From NCBI GenBank assembly GCA_964016885.1, contig OZ024742.1, positions 50,220,001-50,284,000 of the forward strand: a stretch of 64,000 bases of DNA, read 5' to 3'. Position numbers and translations under genes: made by a program. Positions 1 to 13,900 of this stretch are shown here, one piece after another. The notes beneath the pieces are model-generated. The model saw nothing but the letters and a program-made list of their open reading frames with translations, searched no databases and was not told the DNA's origin. The stretch comes from Eledone cirrhosa. Lineage: Eukaryota. Each line of letters starts with the position of its first letter. Position 1 is the first letter of the stretch.

Positions 1-394
1 GAGGTATCCTCTTGATAAGTCGGCAGACCTCGCAAGGACTCTATGTCTTTATGATATATTGTTTTTGTTTATGCCACGAAACTACGTAGTCGAGGAATTT
101 AGGAGCAGTTTAGGTATGATACATTTTATTACTAATTATATCTAAATGTTTCTTCTCTCTTCATAATGTATTTTTAACTCTGATACTGGTTCAGTCTAGT
201 TCAACTGAATTGGTCTGTCCCAGTCATTCATTGAGCAACATCGGTGAAGTTGGCACCCTTAACTCACAGTTGGGTGCGGATGCATTCATGTATATATGTG
301 TGTGTCCGCATGTATCTGTGTGTTTCTAAATATATATATGAGAGATTCTACAGGATTAGAACTGTTTCATTCTTTAGAAATCATACATATATAC

Positions 395-447
<53 letters not shown>

Positions 448-450
<3 letters not shown>

Positions 451-1095
451 AATGCATGTATTGAGTTAGAAACTCAAAATAGTCTCATTACAGTAAATTA
501 GCTCTAGGAATGAGGTTTTTCCGAGCCGTATAGTATAACTGAATAAAAAAGAAAAACGAACACAGTCATATACATCTATGTGTTCAAATTGTAATGGACC
601 AGATTCGCTAAGGTGAAAAGAATACTAACTAGAGACAATAGGGTTTGCTAGACTCAATTTAAGAATAAATCAAGAAAAATAAATACAAACAAGAAGTGTG
701 GTAACTACCGATCACCCGGCCAGTTATGATAATACTGTTTCGCAATATTATTTGTGAAGAGGAATACCCAAATTCTAGCTCATCAGCTGGTAAATAATTA
801 TTAGTATCCCGGTCACTTCTAAATATAATAAAAAAACTGGATAGTGTGCGTATATATAACGCACATGGTTCCAGAATTTAGCGTGTCTCGCAAACTCACG
901 CCACTAAAATTAGCAGCCGAGTTTACTCGACGCTTGAATTAGCTCGAGGAATTAACGGAGCCGAATATATCACACGGCTCGGAAAAATCTCTCGGAAAAA
1001 ACGTTATACTATACGGCTCGGAAAAACCTCTTTCTTAGAGCTAATTTACTGTAATAAGACTATTTTGAGTTTCTAGCTCAATACATGCCTTTGAT
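448..1095. repeat. Foldback element with ~90-bp inverted arms (448-539 / 1003-1095) between (TA)n tracts
   Basis: The left arm ATGCATGTATTGAGTTAGAAACTCAAAATAGTCT...CCGAGCCGTATAGTATAAC is the near reverse complement of GTTATACTATACGGCTCGG...AGACTATTTTGAGTTTCTAGCTCAATACATGC. Confidence 0.85.
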
Positions 1096-1141
1096 ATGTA
1101 TATGTCTGTGTTCGTTTTTCTTTTTATTTTTTGTTCAGTTA

Positions 1142-1253
<112 letters not shown>

Positions 1254-1554
1254 ATATGGATGGATGTATATAATATTAAATATGTCTAAATGCCCGGAGA
1301 CCTCTCCATCGTTGTTTATCCTTGTTTATTGGAGGATAGGCAAATCGTTGTGCATGTGTTTCTTCGTAGAGAGCTTGAATTATGTGATAACAATAGAAAT
1401 GCAGACCAAACGACGTTACGTCACAGGTAACACACCTCTGTTATATAAGAGAATACTTTTATAGGAACATAATATATGTCTGCTGCACTGTGTGTCAGCT
1501 ATGTTACTACGGATATTGAGGAAATTGGGTATTTTGAATCGTATTTCTTATATA

Positions 1555-1654
<100 letters not shown>

Positions 1655-2155
1655 AATGAAAATAAAATTAATGTAAGCAAGATGCCAACAATAATTCAGG
1701 CATATAGGTGACTATACCATCAAGATGAACATCTTTTAATGTAAGATGAGGGAAAAAGTAATACGATCTTAATTCAAAACAATTCAACAGGAAAAACGTT
1801 GTCATCAAACTGTGTAAGTTGGTGAAAAAGCAATACAATCTTAATTCAAAATAAAATCAAGAAGTAATACTTAACAGTGAATTTGGGGAAAACTACAAAT
1901 GCACTATATAGTCATAAAAGACCATTTCACGAACCTCTTCAGTTGGATTAGTTACGCTTGTAATCGATCTTAAGTAGTGCTCAACACATTAACTAAATCA
2001 CCTCTGCTAAAATACCGAGGGGAAATAATAATTCACTGGGAGTTAAAAGCAGGCAAGCTACAGCGTGTAGAAATGAAATAACAAAACACACGGGAACACA
2101 AACTAGTGATGGCGGGATGAGACGAAAAAGCTGTTTACAATATATTTATATATAT

Positions 2156-2420
2156 TAGAAAGTGAGGTTCTTTTTACAAAATGAAAAAAAACGAGATGCC
2201 CTACACGAGTGAAAGTATAAGGAAAAAAGATGAAATCAAAAATGCAACTGGAGTCTTCTTTTTTCTTTTAATATATTTATTTGGTTCCTTTACCGGTTTC
2301 GCAGTTCTTGTTCTTGCCAATTCTCCTTTTGAAAAGCACAAGAACTGCGAAACCGGTAAAGGAACCAAATAAATATATGTACTTTTTAAAAAAGACTCCA
2401 GTTGCATTTTCGATTCATTC
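2156..2420. repeat. PLE-tail-like foldback element (arms ~2236-2310 / 2339-2415), with a dispersed copy at 37650-37830
   Basis: ATGCAACTGGAGTC...GGTTCCTTTACCGGTTTCGCAGTTCTTG is followed by its reverse complement. 37670-37830 matches the reverse complement of 2156-2310. Confidence 0.85.
2325..2362 (+). ncRNA. Minimal type I hammerhead ribozyme motif, U3-A8 core variant
   Basis: CCTT-TTGAAAA-GCA(caagaac)TGC-GAAA-CCGG-TA-AAGG: helix I CCTT/AAGG, helix II GCA/TGC, palindromic loop III and a UA cleavage site. Confidence 0.7.
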
Positions 2421-2431
2421 CTTTTTCCTTA

Positions 2432-2465
<34 letters not shown>

Positions 2466-2480
2466 TATATACACACACAC

Positions 2481-2573
<93 letters not shown>

Positions 2574-2574
2574 A

Positions 2575-2651
<77 letters not shown>

Positions 2652-3171
2652 TATATTTACATACATGTATACATATATGAAATAATTTGAAAGTGTACTT
2701 TTGTTTAGATACATGAAGAGAAATTACAGCATTCATCTTTTGATGCTTAAATCACGTAGTATAATGCTAAATATTTACTCTTTTTGCTGCCTTGCTGATG
2801 AATCTATCTCCGATATTTGGCCTTTAGAAAAAAAGTGTATTTTTTCACTTAACGTGTGTCATTTCCTAATTATCCCCTATTCTACCTGTTGATATATGAC
2901 ATGCATGCCCCAATTCTAATATGTGTTCCTTGATGATATATATTAAATGAGATTGTAATGTTTGAAGAATAATTTAGTTAAGCAATCTGAAAAGGATTAT
3001 TGATGGTTGCAATTACAATTCGTTAAATCGAAACAGACGTAGACATTTTTAAAAATATGAATTATAATGTTTGTTTATCATGGTCTATATTTCCATAATT
3101 GATTAACACGTTGAGTATTCCTTCATTTTGTAACGAAGAAGCGTTAAACCCTCTTCTGTTGATATCCTATA

Positions 3172-3296
<125 letters not shown>

Positions 3297-3304
3297 CTGT
3301 ATAT

Positions 3305-3889
3305 ATAACCAAAGATTAATATGGTTCATTGATTATTCAATGAATACTGTTTTACAATAGATTAAAAGCAATTAACAGTAATTTTCCTGGAGTTTTAGTA
3401 TTATTCAAAATATTAACGAATGAAGATATTCACATAATCAAAATATATGCTTTATTATATATATTTCGAAGGTACTGTGTTGTTGTTTATCCAGTACGTC
3501 CTCGGGAGATAAAATATATGATTTGATATATAACATACCTCTACGGTCTTGATATTTCAAGTCCAGTATTGGCAGTGATTTATTTCATCAAATCTCAACA
3601 TTTATATACCACAAATAATAATATGATAAACTTAAAGAAGAAAAGGGCGTGGAGTGAATTAGAAATATAAGAGAGTGTGTAAAGAAGAGGATATGCAAAA
3701 AATAAATATGAGAAAAAGAAAGAGAAAACAATACATATATCAATGAATATATAGATGGGTGAAAAAGATGAAGAAATATATATAAACAAGAAAAAGAGGA
3801 AAGAAGGAAGAAACAACGACAAAAGAGTAGAAAAAACCGTTGTTTTCAAATATTAGGTCAATTGACTCAACCAATCAGTTACCATAGAC
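3305..3889 (-). mobile_element. Penelope-like element 3' tail/pLTR (copy A, distal part)
   Basis: Reverse-complement match to 15690-15836 and 18200-18545, which lie downstream of the GIY-YIG ORF at 14646-15134. Ends at a (TA)n tract. Confidence 0.75.
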
Positions 3890-4399
3890 CAAAGGTTCTC
3901 AACCCATTTTGGCCAAACGTCCCCTTTTGCCCCTCGAAATCACGAAACGCCCCCTACCCTATTTTTCCATTTTTCAATATACTATTGATTTTGATATCAG
4001 TAGATTACTGGACCAAATGAAGTTATCTTAGATTCTTTAAAAAATACTCGTACGAATTAAATACAAAAAAGTTTCAGTCCAAAACAAAAGAAGCTATTTC
4101 AAATTATATAATTTTGAAATAAAAAAAAACGCCTGATTTCAGTCGAAAAAGCACTTTTTTTTTAAATTCTATATTTCGCTGTTAGCTGTTGTAATATTTT
4201 GAGTGGATAGACAATTGAAACAGCAAAGTCAAAATACAAAAGATGCAAAATATGAAGAATTTCTTACCTTTCTCTGAAATCACAAACTCAGGGGAAAAAT
4301 AGTACCTTGCAAAATAATACATCTCGTATCAAAATAAGTAGTGAGAAGCTTGGTGACTGAGGAAGCAATATTTTTATCCCTTATATATAAACATAGATA

Positions 4400-4438
<39 letters not shown>

Positions 4439-4601
4439 GTATATATATATATATATATACATACATACACACAAACGTGTGTGTGCGTGTGCCTTGGTAC
4501 AGAAATAATTTTGTCTACAGTTTTTTATTGCCAGGTCAAAGGCCACAGCTCTTTTCAACAACGCCAAATAACAACGCTCCACCCACACACACACACATAC
4601 A

Positions 4602-4717
<116 letters not shown>

Positions 4718-4893
4718 AATGAAGAGGGAAATAGGGAGGGACAGAGAGAGTAAGAAATGTGTGTGTTTGGTACACGTCTATCTATCTATCTATCTATTTA
4801 TCTCCAACAGGGGGCTCACACATGCGGCCTGCGAACTACTTATCTGTGGCCCGTGGTAGAACCAATATTTCATATCGTATTATAACTGGTGAA

Positions 4894-5110
4894 AATAAGG
4901 CGGCGACCTGGTGGAATCGTTAGCACATCTGGAGAAATGCTTATCGGTACTTCTACCGTTTTTACGTTCTGAGTTCAAATTCCGCCGATTTCTACTTTGC
5001 CTTACATCCTTTTTGGGTCGATGAATTAAGTACCAGTTGTGTACTAGGATCGATGCAATCGACTGAACCCTAAACCCCAAATGTCATGCCTTGCTCCTAT
5101 AGTAGAAATG
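4894..5110 (+). mobile_element. tRNA-derived SINE with MetaSINE-like core and a 15-bp TSD
   Basis: A-box-like TGGTGGAATCG, B-box GAGTTCAAATTCC, core TTTGCCTTACATCCTTTTTGGGTCGATGAATTAAGTACCAG. TSD ATTATAACTGGTGAA at 4879-4893 and 5111-5125. Confidence 0.85.
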
Positions 5111-5865
5111 ATTATAACTGGTGAAGCTTTTCACCCACCACCACGTTTGGCCCACTGTGTCTCTCCTCCAGGACGTAATAGCCCTTTTGTGTCCTTGAGT
5201 TTGAGACCCCTCTTCTACACACACACATATATATTTTACTTTTTTCTGTCTCTGGACTACGCCCATGCTGGAGCATCACCTTGGTAAGTTATGGGGACGT
5301 GAACAAACCAACAAACAATGGTGGGAAGGCAAACACAAACGCAAAGCTACTCCATATGAAATTTCTGGATCAGATGAATATATATCATAATTGATCTGGT
5401 TCAGTTGAAAATAATTAACATATTTAAAAAACAGAGCGGCTCCTCGGAACTTCAAAGGAATATGAATTAAAATATTGAGAGAATGTTACATAATATAATG
5501 TTCCATATATTGGTTTTTCACTATGGTGTCTTGGTTGCATCAGATGTCAGCCATAATCAAGCAGTATTCATCTGTCGAGGCTGCATTTTTTTTTTACTTT
5601 GCCTATGGTGAACAAGATGGCTGCCAAAGGACATATTTACTTTACTAATTAGAGGGTGGTTTCAGGGGAAGCAACTCATCGAGAGATTAGAAGTTGTGGG
5701 TAGTTTATAGTTAAGTGCTAATTTTTAAATTTTTTAATTGAGAGACAATGTAGGGTGGGGAACTTATAAGTATCTAAGTTAGTCATAGCTATTTAACTTA
5801 TTAGCTACAAGTAAAAATGGGGCTAGATGACTAAGTTGGGTCAAATATTCTATTGGCGAAGGAAT

Positions 5866-6180
5866 TAGCCCTTCGATGTTGACAGCTAATAGTTACCTCT
5901 GTTCTATCATTAATCGGTAGAAGTCGTGATAGTGTTATGTAATATGCTTCTGTAATACAGAGATCACAAGTTTTTCTTCATCCATTGAACGGCTGGGCCC
6001 AATCCACGATATCCCATTTTAGGGAGTGTTGAACGTTGCTTAATTTAAGGTTTTTAATGAGCCTAGTTAGCGATGTCGAACATCTGTTGTTAGGGTCTCG
6101 GAAGGAAAAAGAGTGCGCCTTATAGCGTACCTTAAAAGGGTTAGAGGTAGACCCGATATAAGAGTTGGTATTCGAAGCAG
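5866..6180 (-). pseudogene. Penelope-like GIY-YIG endonuclease C-terminal remnant
   Basis: Manual translation gives [20 protein letters not shown]...STSLTRLI...KWDIV...RKTCDLCITEAYYI...INDRTEVTISCQHRR, with one in-frame stop. Confidence 0.8.
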
Positions 6181-6215
6181 TTTTTTATTATATATATGTA
6201 TGTATGTATGTAGAT

Positions 6216-6323
<108 letters not shown>

Positions 6324-6327
6324 GTAG

Positions 6328-6374
<47 letters not shown>

Positions 6375-6720
6375 GATTTATATATATATATATGTATCAC
6401 GATCAATTAACGGAGCCATAGACTCTCGCCATACCCTATAAATAATGTGCTCAAAGGAGAGTAAATCCTGAGCTCTCTAAATCTACATACATACATTTAC
6501 GTATGTATATAGCTAGGCATTTATACATTTGTATATATACATGCATTTATATTTAAGTGTGTAAGGATGTTGATATGATCTATATCTTCTTTTTTGGTAA
6601 GAGAACATTTTTGTCGCCAGATTTTATTACCTAGATATTTTAAATACCACACTTCTGGCTGAAAGCTGACCAGGTTCTCAACTTCATCAAACACTAACGC
6701 CGGCCTGTGTGTGTATTTGT

Positions 6721-6779
<59 letters not shown>

Positions 6780-7179
6780 CATGTGTATATATGTGTGTAT
6801 GTATGTATGTATGTATGTATGTATGTATGTATGTATGTATGTATGTATGTATGTATGTATGTATGTATGTGTATGTTCACCACCATTGCTTCTTCTTGTC
6901 ATTTCTGTTGAAATAGGCCTTACTTTCATTCTCTTTGATTTCTTTTGATTTTCTTTTGACAAGCTTCTTTAATTTATTTTCTTTGTGTTCTTCATTAAAA
7001 TCACTAACTTTCTAAGGGACGTACCAATATGACTTATAAAACCTACCAAACTAAAGGAGCTCCTAGCGCCCTCAAAGTTTCAAACACCCCCTTACCGCAT
7101 AATGCCCCCTAACGCCCCCTTACTGTATAACGCCCCCCACCCGGGTGGGGGGCATATGCCCCCTGATGTGAACCTTTGA

Positions 7180-8389
7180 GTATCTCTGCTATTTGGTTAT
7201 GCTTAAGCTAATTATACTAATAATATATATCAAAATTAATCAATATACATTACTTTTCATAGCCTTCACATATTTATTTAATTAAACATTTATACAGTTT
7301 AATTTAACTCATTATAGATTGTAACTTCTGGTTTAGGTAATATATTACATAAGTATTTTGTTACAATTTTAAAAAGTTCATCTTTAAAGTATATTTAAAT
7401 AATTATTATACCTGCATTAAATTATATATTAAAATACTTGCATATAAAATCTTTATAAAATCTTTCAAATCTTTAATTATCATATAATAAAAAGGATAAA
7501 ATTATAGTTATATTTACTCTCAAAAGTTTTAATTCGTTAATTATATTTACTTCAGTAATTACAAATTATTACAGTTTCCTTTTAAATAAATTCTTATATT
7601 ATTCAACTGTATAATTTATGTAAAAAATTAAAATAGCATGTAGAATAAAATATAGTTACGAAGAATTTAAACAAAAGGAAGATAACTCATTCACCATAAT
7701 CGAGCATTAAACAATATATCTACTCTGAAATCAAGTGATACTTCTAAACCATAAATCAGCAATTATCAAATTAAATATTGAACTGTCCTGATCAAAACTT
7801 AGGATACAGACTCATAATGAAATTATTACAATAGATAAAACATCAATACATTATTACTACGGTAAGGCAAACATTATAAATATAAATATATTTATAAAAA
7901 TAATTAATTGTCAATATACTTTCGAAACTTGTATAATGCTTCGAACGTTTTACCGGCTCTATGTTGGCAGCTGCTAAATAAATTTCTTCTTATTAATTGA
8001 ATTGTCATAATTTGTAACTATCAATAGAGTCTCAAGATGGCAAATATTGCAATTTGGCGAAATGGAAGCGTTTCGACAGGAATTGGCATTTTTTATCCGT
8101 GTCCAAGAGATGGAGTATTTAATATTATTGTCCTTCAAAGACCATATTAATTGTGAGAGTGAAGTTGAAAATTGTTTGTCTGATTTCGAAAAGGAATTTT
8201 TATGATTGTACCAACGAAGTTTAAACACATATGTAGTCGCACCGATGTAGTTGTATATATTATTATTTGTCTTAATGGTGCATTTATATACTAGATTCTT
8301 GTTATGGCAGTTATTTTGTAAGTGACATTCTGACTTCCTTCTACAGTTACATTTCTTCGCGATGTTATTTATATACCCTAAACTATTCA

Positions 8390-8390
<1 letters not shown>
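7180..8390 (-). mobile_element. Naiad-type Penelope element copy A: GIY-YIG domain (7974-8390) plus 3' UTR
   Basis: ORF motifs CNCRRKSEC, LVYKCTI, YIGAT and FKLRWYNHKNSF, plus a CxxC. Inverted near-duplicate of 14646-15690. Confidence 0.85.
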
Positions 8391-8421
<31 letters not shown>

Positions 8422-8423
<2 letters not shown>

Positions 8424-8556
8424 TGCATTTATCTTGCTTTATGTTCATACGAGTTATCACCAAGTCACAACCAGTGACCTTAAGAGACAACAAGGTCCGC
8501 CATGTTCAAGAAAGAACATACATATTCACACATGCATCCTTAGTGTTTAGACTTGT
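8422..8556 (-). mobile_element. 3' UTR fragment of the R4/Dong element with (TAA)n tail
   Basis: Near-identical reverse complement of 14462-14596. Confidence 0.85.
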
Positions 8557-8559
8557 TGT

Positions 8560-8819
8560 ACACTGTTGGCTATTGCATTTTAAAGATGTTTAGGATGATT
8601 AGAATAAAAATTAACATAATTTAAGTTCTCATTGAGTTTATGGAAAGGGTAATGAATGCTTGAGTTCAAATTACGGCTTACGTCTAAAAAAGTCTTTGTT
8701 ATTGTTATTTTCTACTAATTTCAGCTCATAATTTGTAAAAAATTCTATAATTACTTTCTTAACGCTATTTAATTCACTATTATTATGTTTTTCTACAATA
8801 AATAATTGTAGATTATTAG

Positions 8820-8820
<1 letters not shown>
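8560..8820 (-). pseudogene. Penelope RT C-terminal/thumb remnant; probably continues at 9982-10110 across the Dong insertion
   Basis: Frameshifted translation ...FLDVSRNLNSSIHYPFHKLNENLNYVNFYSNHPKHL shows the PLE FLDV...Y...SNHP motif. Confidence 0.65.
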
Positions 8821-8856
<36 letters not shown>

Positions 8857-8870
8857 TAACAATAATAAAC

Positions 8871-9937
8871 ATGTTCCACAAGAGGAGTGATGTCGATAGA
8901 CTCTACCTAAGGAGATCTGAGGGTGGAAGAGGTCTTATCAGCATAGAGGACTGTGTTCAGATGGAGAAAAACAACCTATACAAATACGTGACCTATAGTA
9001 AGGAGCCAATGCTCAGAGCTGTACTGAAGGAGGGGACAGTAGGCCAGGGGATACCCAAGGAGGAAATAACATCAAGGAGGAAGAGCAGCCTTAAGGGAAA
9101 ATCCCTTCATAGTACCTTCTTTGAGAAAACTGAATTTAGAGATCCACAGACATGGAACTGGTTGAGAAGAGGAGACCTCAAAAAGGCTACAGAAGGAATG
9201 CTAATGGCTGCGCAGGAGCAGGCCCTCAAAACGAAGTGGTTGAAGCACCATATCTACAAGGAGGAGGCTAGCCCACTGTGCAGGATTTGTGGAGAGAGAG
9301 AGGAGACTGTGGCTCACATTGTGTCCGAGTGTAAACACCTAGCCCAGACCCACTATAAGGGCTGGAGACACGATGTGATGGGCAGGGTGATCCACTGGGA
9401 CCTGTGCAAAGTAAACAATCTACCACACTCTGAGAAATGGTATGAGCATAGGCCAGAGGCGGTGATGGAGAACAGTCAGGTGAAGGTGCTGTGGGATTTT
9501 AGGATACAGACGGACAAAAAACTGGGACACAATAGACCTGACCTGGTGGTTGTGGACAAAGAAAAAAGATCGTGCCTGATTGTGGATGTGGCCTGCCCGT
9601 TCGACACGAGAGTGCAAGAGAAGGAGAGGGAGAAAATTAACCGATACCAGGACCTAAAGTGGGAGGTGAAAAGGATTTGGAACTGCCATGAAGTCAAAGT
9701 GATCCCGATTGACATAGGCGCACTGGGGACTATCTCCAAAGGTTTCCAGGGATGGTTAAAGAAAATCGGCCCCTTCACGCTTTTTGGAACGCTTCAAAAG
9801 GCATGCTTGCTTGGAACGGCAAGAACCCTCCGATACGTCCTGAATATCTGAGGCTGCAGGTAGTGGCTTGATATTCAATCCAACGGACTTTCCAGTTAAC
9901 CAACATCAATGACTGAGATTCAAGGAATAACAATAAC

Positions 9938-9980
<43 letters not shown>
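8871..9980 (+). mobile_element. 5'-truncated R4/Dong-clade non-LTR retrotransposon (RT C-terminus, CCHC, restriction-like endonuclease) inserted in (TAA)n
   Basis: ORF 8871-9851 has RLYLRRSEGGRGL, AAQEQ, CRICGE..ETVAHIVSEC, RHD, NRPDLVVVD, DVACP and EKINRY. (TAA)n flanks both sides. Confidence 0.92.
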
Positions 9981-9981
<1 letters not shown>

Positions 9982-10909
9982 GTTTTTGATTTTTAATATA
10001 TTTAAATCAATTGTGAAATAACAATTCTTAGTACAAATGTTGCATAAACCACCGAATGAAGTCCCATAAAATTTCGGATCCATATTATGTGGTTATATCG
10101 CTCAAATATTCAATTATGTATTATATATTTTGTATTCAAAAAAAGAAAATGGTTATAAATGGAAGAAAACACCCTCTGTCTACACTATATAGAACAGCCA
10201 AATAACAGCAATTTCACCAACACCAGAAACTTGATACACAACCTATCCCATCACACTAAATATAACAGCCAGATAACGGCAATTTTACCACCAGCACCAT
10301 CAATCCCAGCATCATAATAATAATTACTATTATTATTGTCTCAAGTTTTAACAAAATGTTTAATCCCAATTTTACGGGAATATGTCAACACAATATATAT
10401 TAAACATACGAACACAAACTCATAGATACTACATCACAAAACTCAGTAATGACAATGCCACCGCCGCCATCACCCCATCCATCATTGCTACCACTATCCC
10501 ATCACCGCAGCCACCACTCCTTCATTGCCACCACCAATATTCCCCTGTTAACTTGAGAGAGAAAGGGGAAGGTGGCGGTATCACAAGACAAGGGAGAGGC
10601 TAGCAAAAATTATAAATAGATTGAATTAGTGACCTGGCCACCGGCCAAACGTCAACATCAACAACTATGGGACTGCTGGCTCACCCCTTCCTCACAAACA
10701 ATATAAAAAGCCCCGGCACCACCACCGACATAGCCAACAACAATAACAGGCAACTTCAGCAAAAAGTATATTATATTATTGTAATGCACTGGGTGATTGC
10801 TGGCCTTGTGCCTGGAGTGGAGACAATTATTAATAATTTCATTCTTAAGCCACGCAATGCTCACATTAAAGAACCACTCACGATAATAACAATTTAAAAA
10901 AAACAACAA

Positions 10910-13900
10910 AAAGAAAATCCCGTGACCAAGAAATACCGGGATGGCGGCCGGCGTGGAATAGCCGTATCTCTAGGGGAGAACGACCTCTCTAGTCTTGGTT
11001 GACACTCGTTCTAGAAGTGGTAACACGAAATGATTACCCCTTGGCGGATAAGGATAAAACGCGACAAAATAAAGTAAATGTCTAATGATAACATCTCATA
11101 CCGGATCGGCCGTCACCCGAGTAAAAAAGGGCCGCGTCCTTCAGAGAGGAACCAGACTGGGGTCGAAAAATCAGCTAATGGTTCAAACCTTCCCATCACT
11201 TCGGAGCTGGACACCTCCCATAAACGGAATACTCCTACTGTTGGCCCTCCATGCTCACCACCAAGAAATCCAAAGAAAAAGAGAGAAAAATGGTCAAGGG
11301 AAGATAATAAAGAAGTCCTTGAGGCTTTCTACACTGCCATGTACTACCCATCAAATACATCGAATACAGAACAGACATATATCAACTGGAAAAAGAAACA
11401 TCCCGAAAACAGAGGCTATATTGACAGTAACAAACTAGCCAATATACGAAAAAATATTGTAGGAAAAAAGTTACTAACTGATATAGAAATTGATCAGATA
11501 AAGCTATTAGCACAAAGTCAGCCAAGGGAAAATGAAAGATGTGTCAGTGAAATCGAGGTAAACTGTAACACTTCGAATCCCAGGGTTGGGGCGGAATCAC
11601 TGGCAACAGAACAAATTAAAGAAAGGATCGAACAAGTGGAGGGAGTGCATGCTCAGGATGAAACTCCAAATGAAAATAATGAGATCGTAAATGATAAAGA
11701 AATGAATGAGAATGAACTTGCCAACTTGAAGGATGAAATTATGATCGAATGGATGAACATGAAAGAATCTGACATGGGGCAACCAGACACCCTCCCTAAG
11801 ATCCAGAACTCCAAACAGAACCAAAAGATAATACACAAGACTAACATAATTCTCAAAAAACATTATCATCACAAACAAACTAAACATTACTGATTTAAAT
11901 CATCTCTATTATGCATCGGCTAAAGTCACCACTCACTTATGTGGAGTGAAGATGAAAAAACAAAGGAATTCCCACAAGAAATCTACTTGGCAAGAGAACA
12001 TCAATCGCCAAATAAACCTTCTCCGATCTGACATAGAAATGTAAACAAACTATAAAGTAGGTGAACATGTTAAACAAACTAAACTTAGAAAATTGAAAAA
12101 AAGTACAGTATAAAATCAACATGTGACATAGACATGCTGATAGAAATAATCAAGCAAAAAGTGTCAGCCAAAGCTGCTCGTATAAGGCGCTTTGAAAAAC
12201 GATCTAGATTCTATAAGGACAATAATATGTTCAAAAACAACCAAAGAAATTTCTACAAAAAAATTGGTAAGTCAACAACAACTGCTAAATCAATACCACC
12301 CAAGGAGGAAGTGCAAGAATTCTGGGAAAAGAACTGGGCCGAAGAAAAAGTTCATACATACATGCCCCATGGACAGACAGACAAATGAAAGATACAGGTC
12401 ACCTTGAAGAACAAATATAGGAAAATATAACAGTTGAACAGTTGCGCTTGGCTCTAAGAAAAACCAGGAAATCCCCAGGAAAAGACAAAATACAAAATGT
12501 TTGGATAAATGCCTTCACAGTCTCATGAGCTGTTAGCCCAACTTTACAATGAAATAGTTAAGGAGCCAGAAAAGATACCATCATGGCTAGTTAACAGCAT
12601 TACATTCCTGCTTCCGAAGAATGATGAGACAAACAATCCCCAAAATTACAGACCGATAACTTGCTTGACCACAATGTATAAAATGTTAACATCAGTCCTA
12701 ACTGAATATACATATGACCACCTGATAACAAATTACTTTATTTCCCATTGAGCAGAAAGGGTGTAAACGAGGCTGTAAGGATCAGCTTCTGGTTAACAAA
12801 ATGATACTGGAAGATTGTCATAATAGACACAAAAATCTATCGATTGCTTGGATAGATTATAAAAAAAGCATTCGATAGTTTACCACACAGTTGGATTGAA
12901 AAATGTTTAGAGATTTTCAAAATATCACCCGTTGTCAGGAGGTTTTTGTCATTCAGTATGAAGACATGGAAAACGACACTCCTTTTGAATAGTGAAACAA
13001 AATCACTGGAAGCTGGAGAAGTTAATATTAATTGTGGAATGTTTCAGGGTGACTCTTTATCACCGCTTTTATTCTGCATCGCACTTATACCATTAAGTAA
13101 AATGCTCAATGAAACAAAACATGGATATACAGTCTATGACAAAACCATTAATCACCTGTTCTACATGGATGACATGAAACTATTTGCAAAAAATGATGAA
13201 CAATTGCAAGGGCTATTATGCACTGTAGAGCAGTTCAGTGATGACATTAAAATATAGTTTGGACTAGATAAATGCGCCAAAGCAACGTTCACCAGAGGAA
13301 AGCTGCTGAAGAGTTCAAACATTAATCTTGATCGGGGGAACGTGATAAGAGAACTTGATCAAGAAAAAACTTACAAATATCTAGGTGTTTGTGAAGGAGA
13401 CGGAATCAAGCACTCGACAGTGAAGGAAAGGATAAGGAAGGAATGTTACCGCAGAGTAAGAGTAATCTTAAGAACGGAATTGAATGCAAGGAATAGGATC
13501 GATGCCATAAACACGCTTGCCATACCAGTAGTAACCTACAGTTACAATGTCATCAACTGGTCAAGCACAGAGATCCGTAGGCTCGATACAAAAATTCGAA
13601 AATTCTTAACCATGCACAGAATGCATCACCCTAAGGCAGATATAGATAGAATATATCTCCCTAGGAAAGAAGGAGGACGTGGGTTAATCCAGTTAGACAT
13701 TGCGTTGAAAACTGCAACAATTGGATTATCTACATATCTAAGGGAATCACATGATTGGATGATCAAACTCGTTTTGAAACACGAAAGCATCAAAAGATCA
13801 TATTCCATTACAAAAGATGCACAAGATCAGTGTCTGCCAACAAAAAATTACCAAGCCAACATAATAAAAAATGGATGCAGCCCATTATGCCGTTTATGCA

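Noticed and set aside
1915-1945. CTGAAGA-GGTTCGT-GAAA motif on the minus strand
   Set aside because: No credible helix II or helix I. At best a deleted hammerhead remnant.
5975-5985. In-frame TGA in the GIY-YIG remnant (FNG*RKTC) as possible selenocysteine
   Set aside because: It does not align with a conserved Cys and no SECIS was recognised. Simple decay is more likely.
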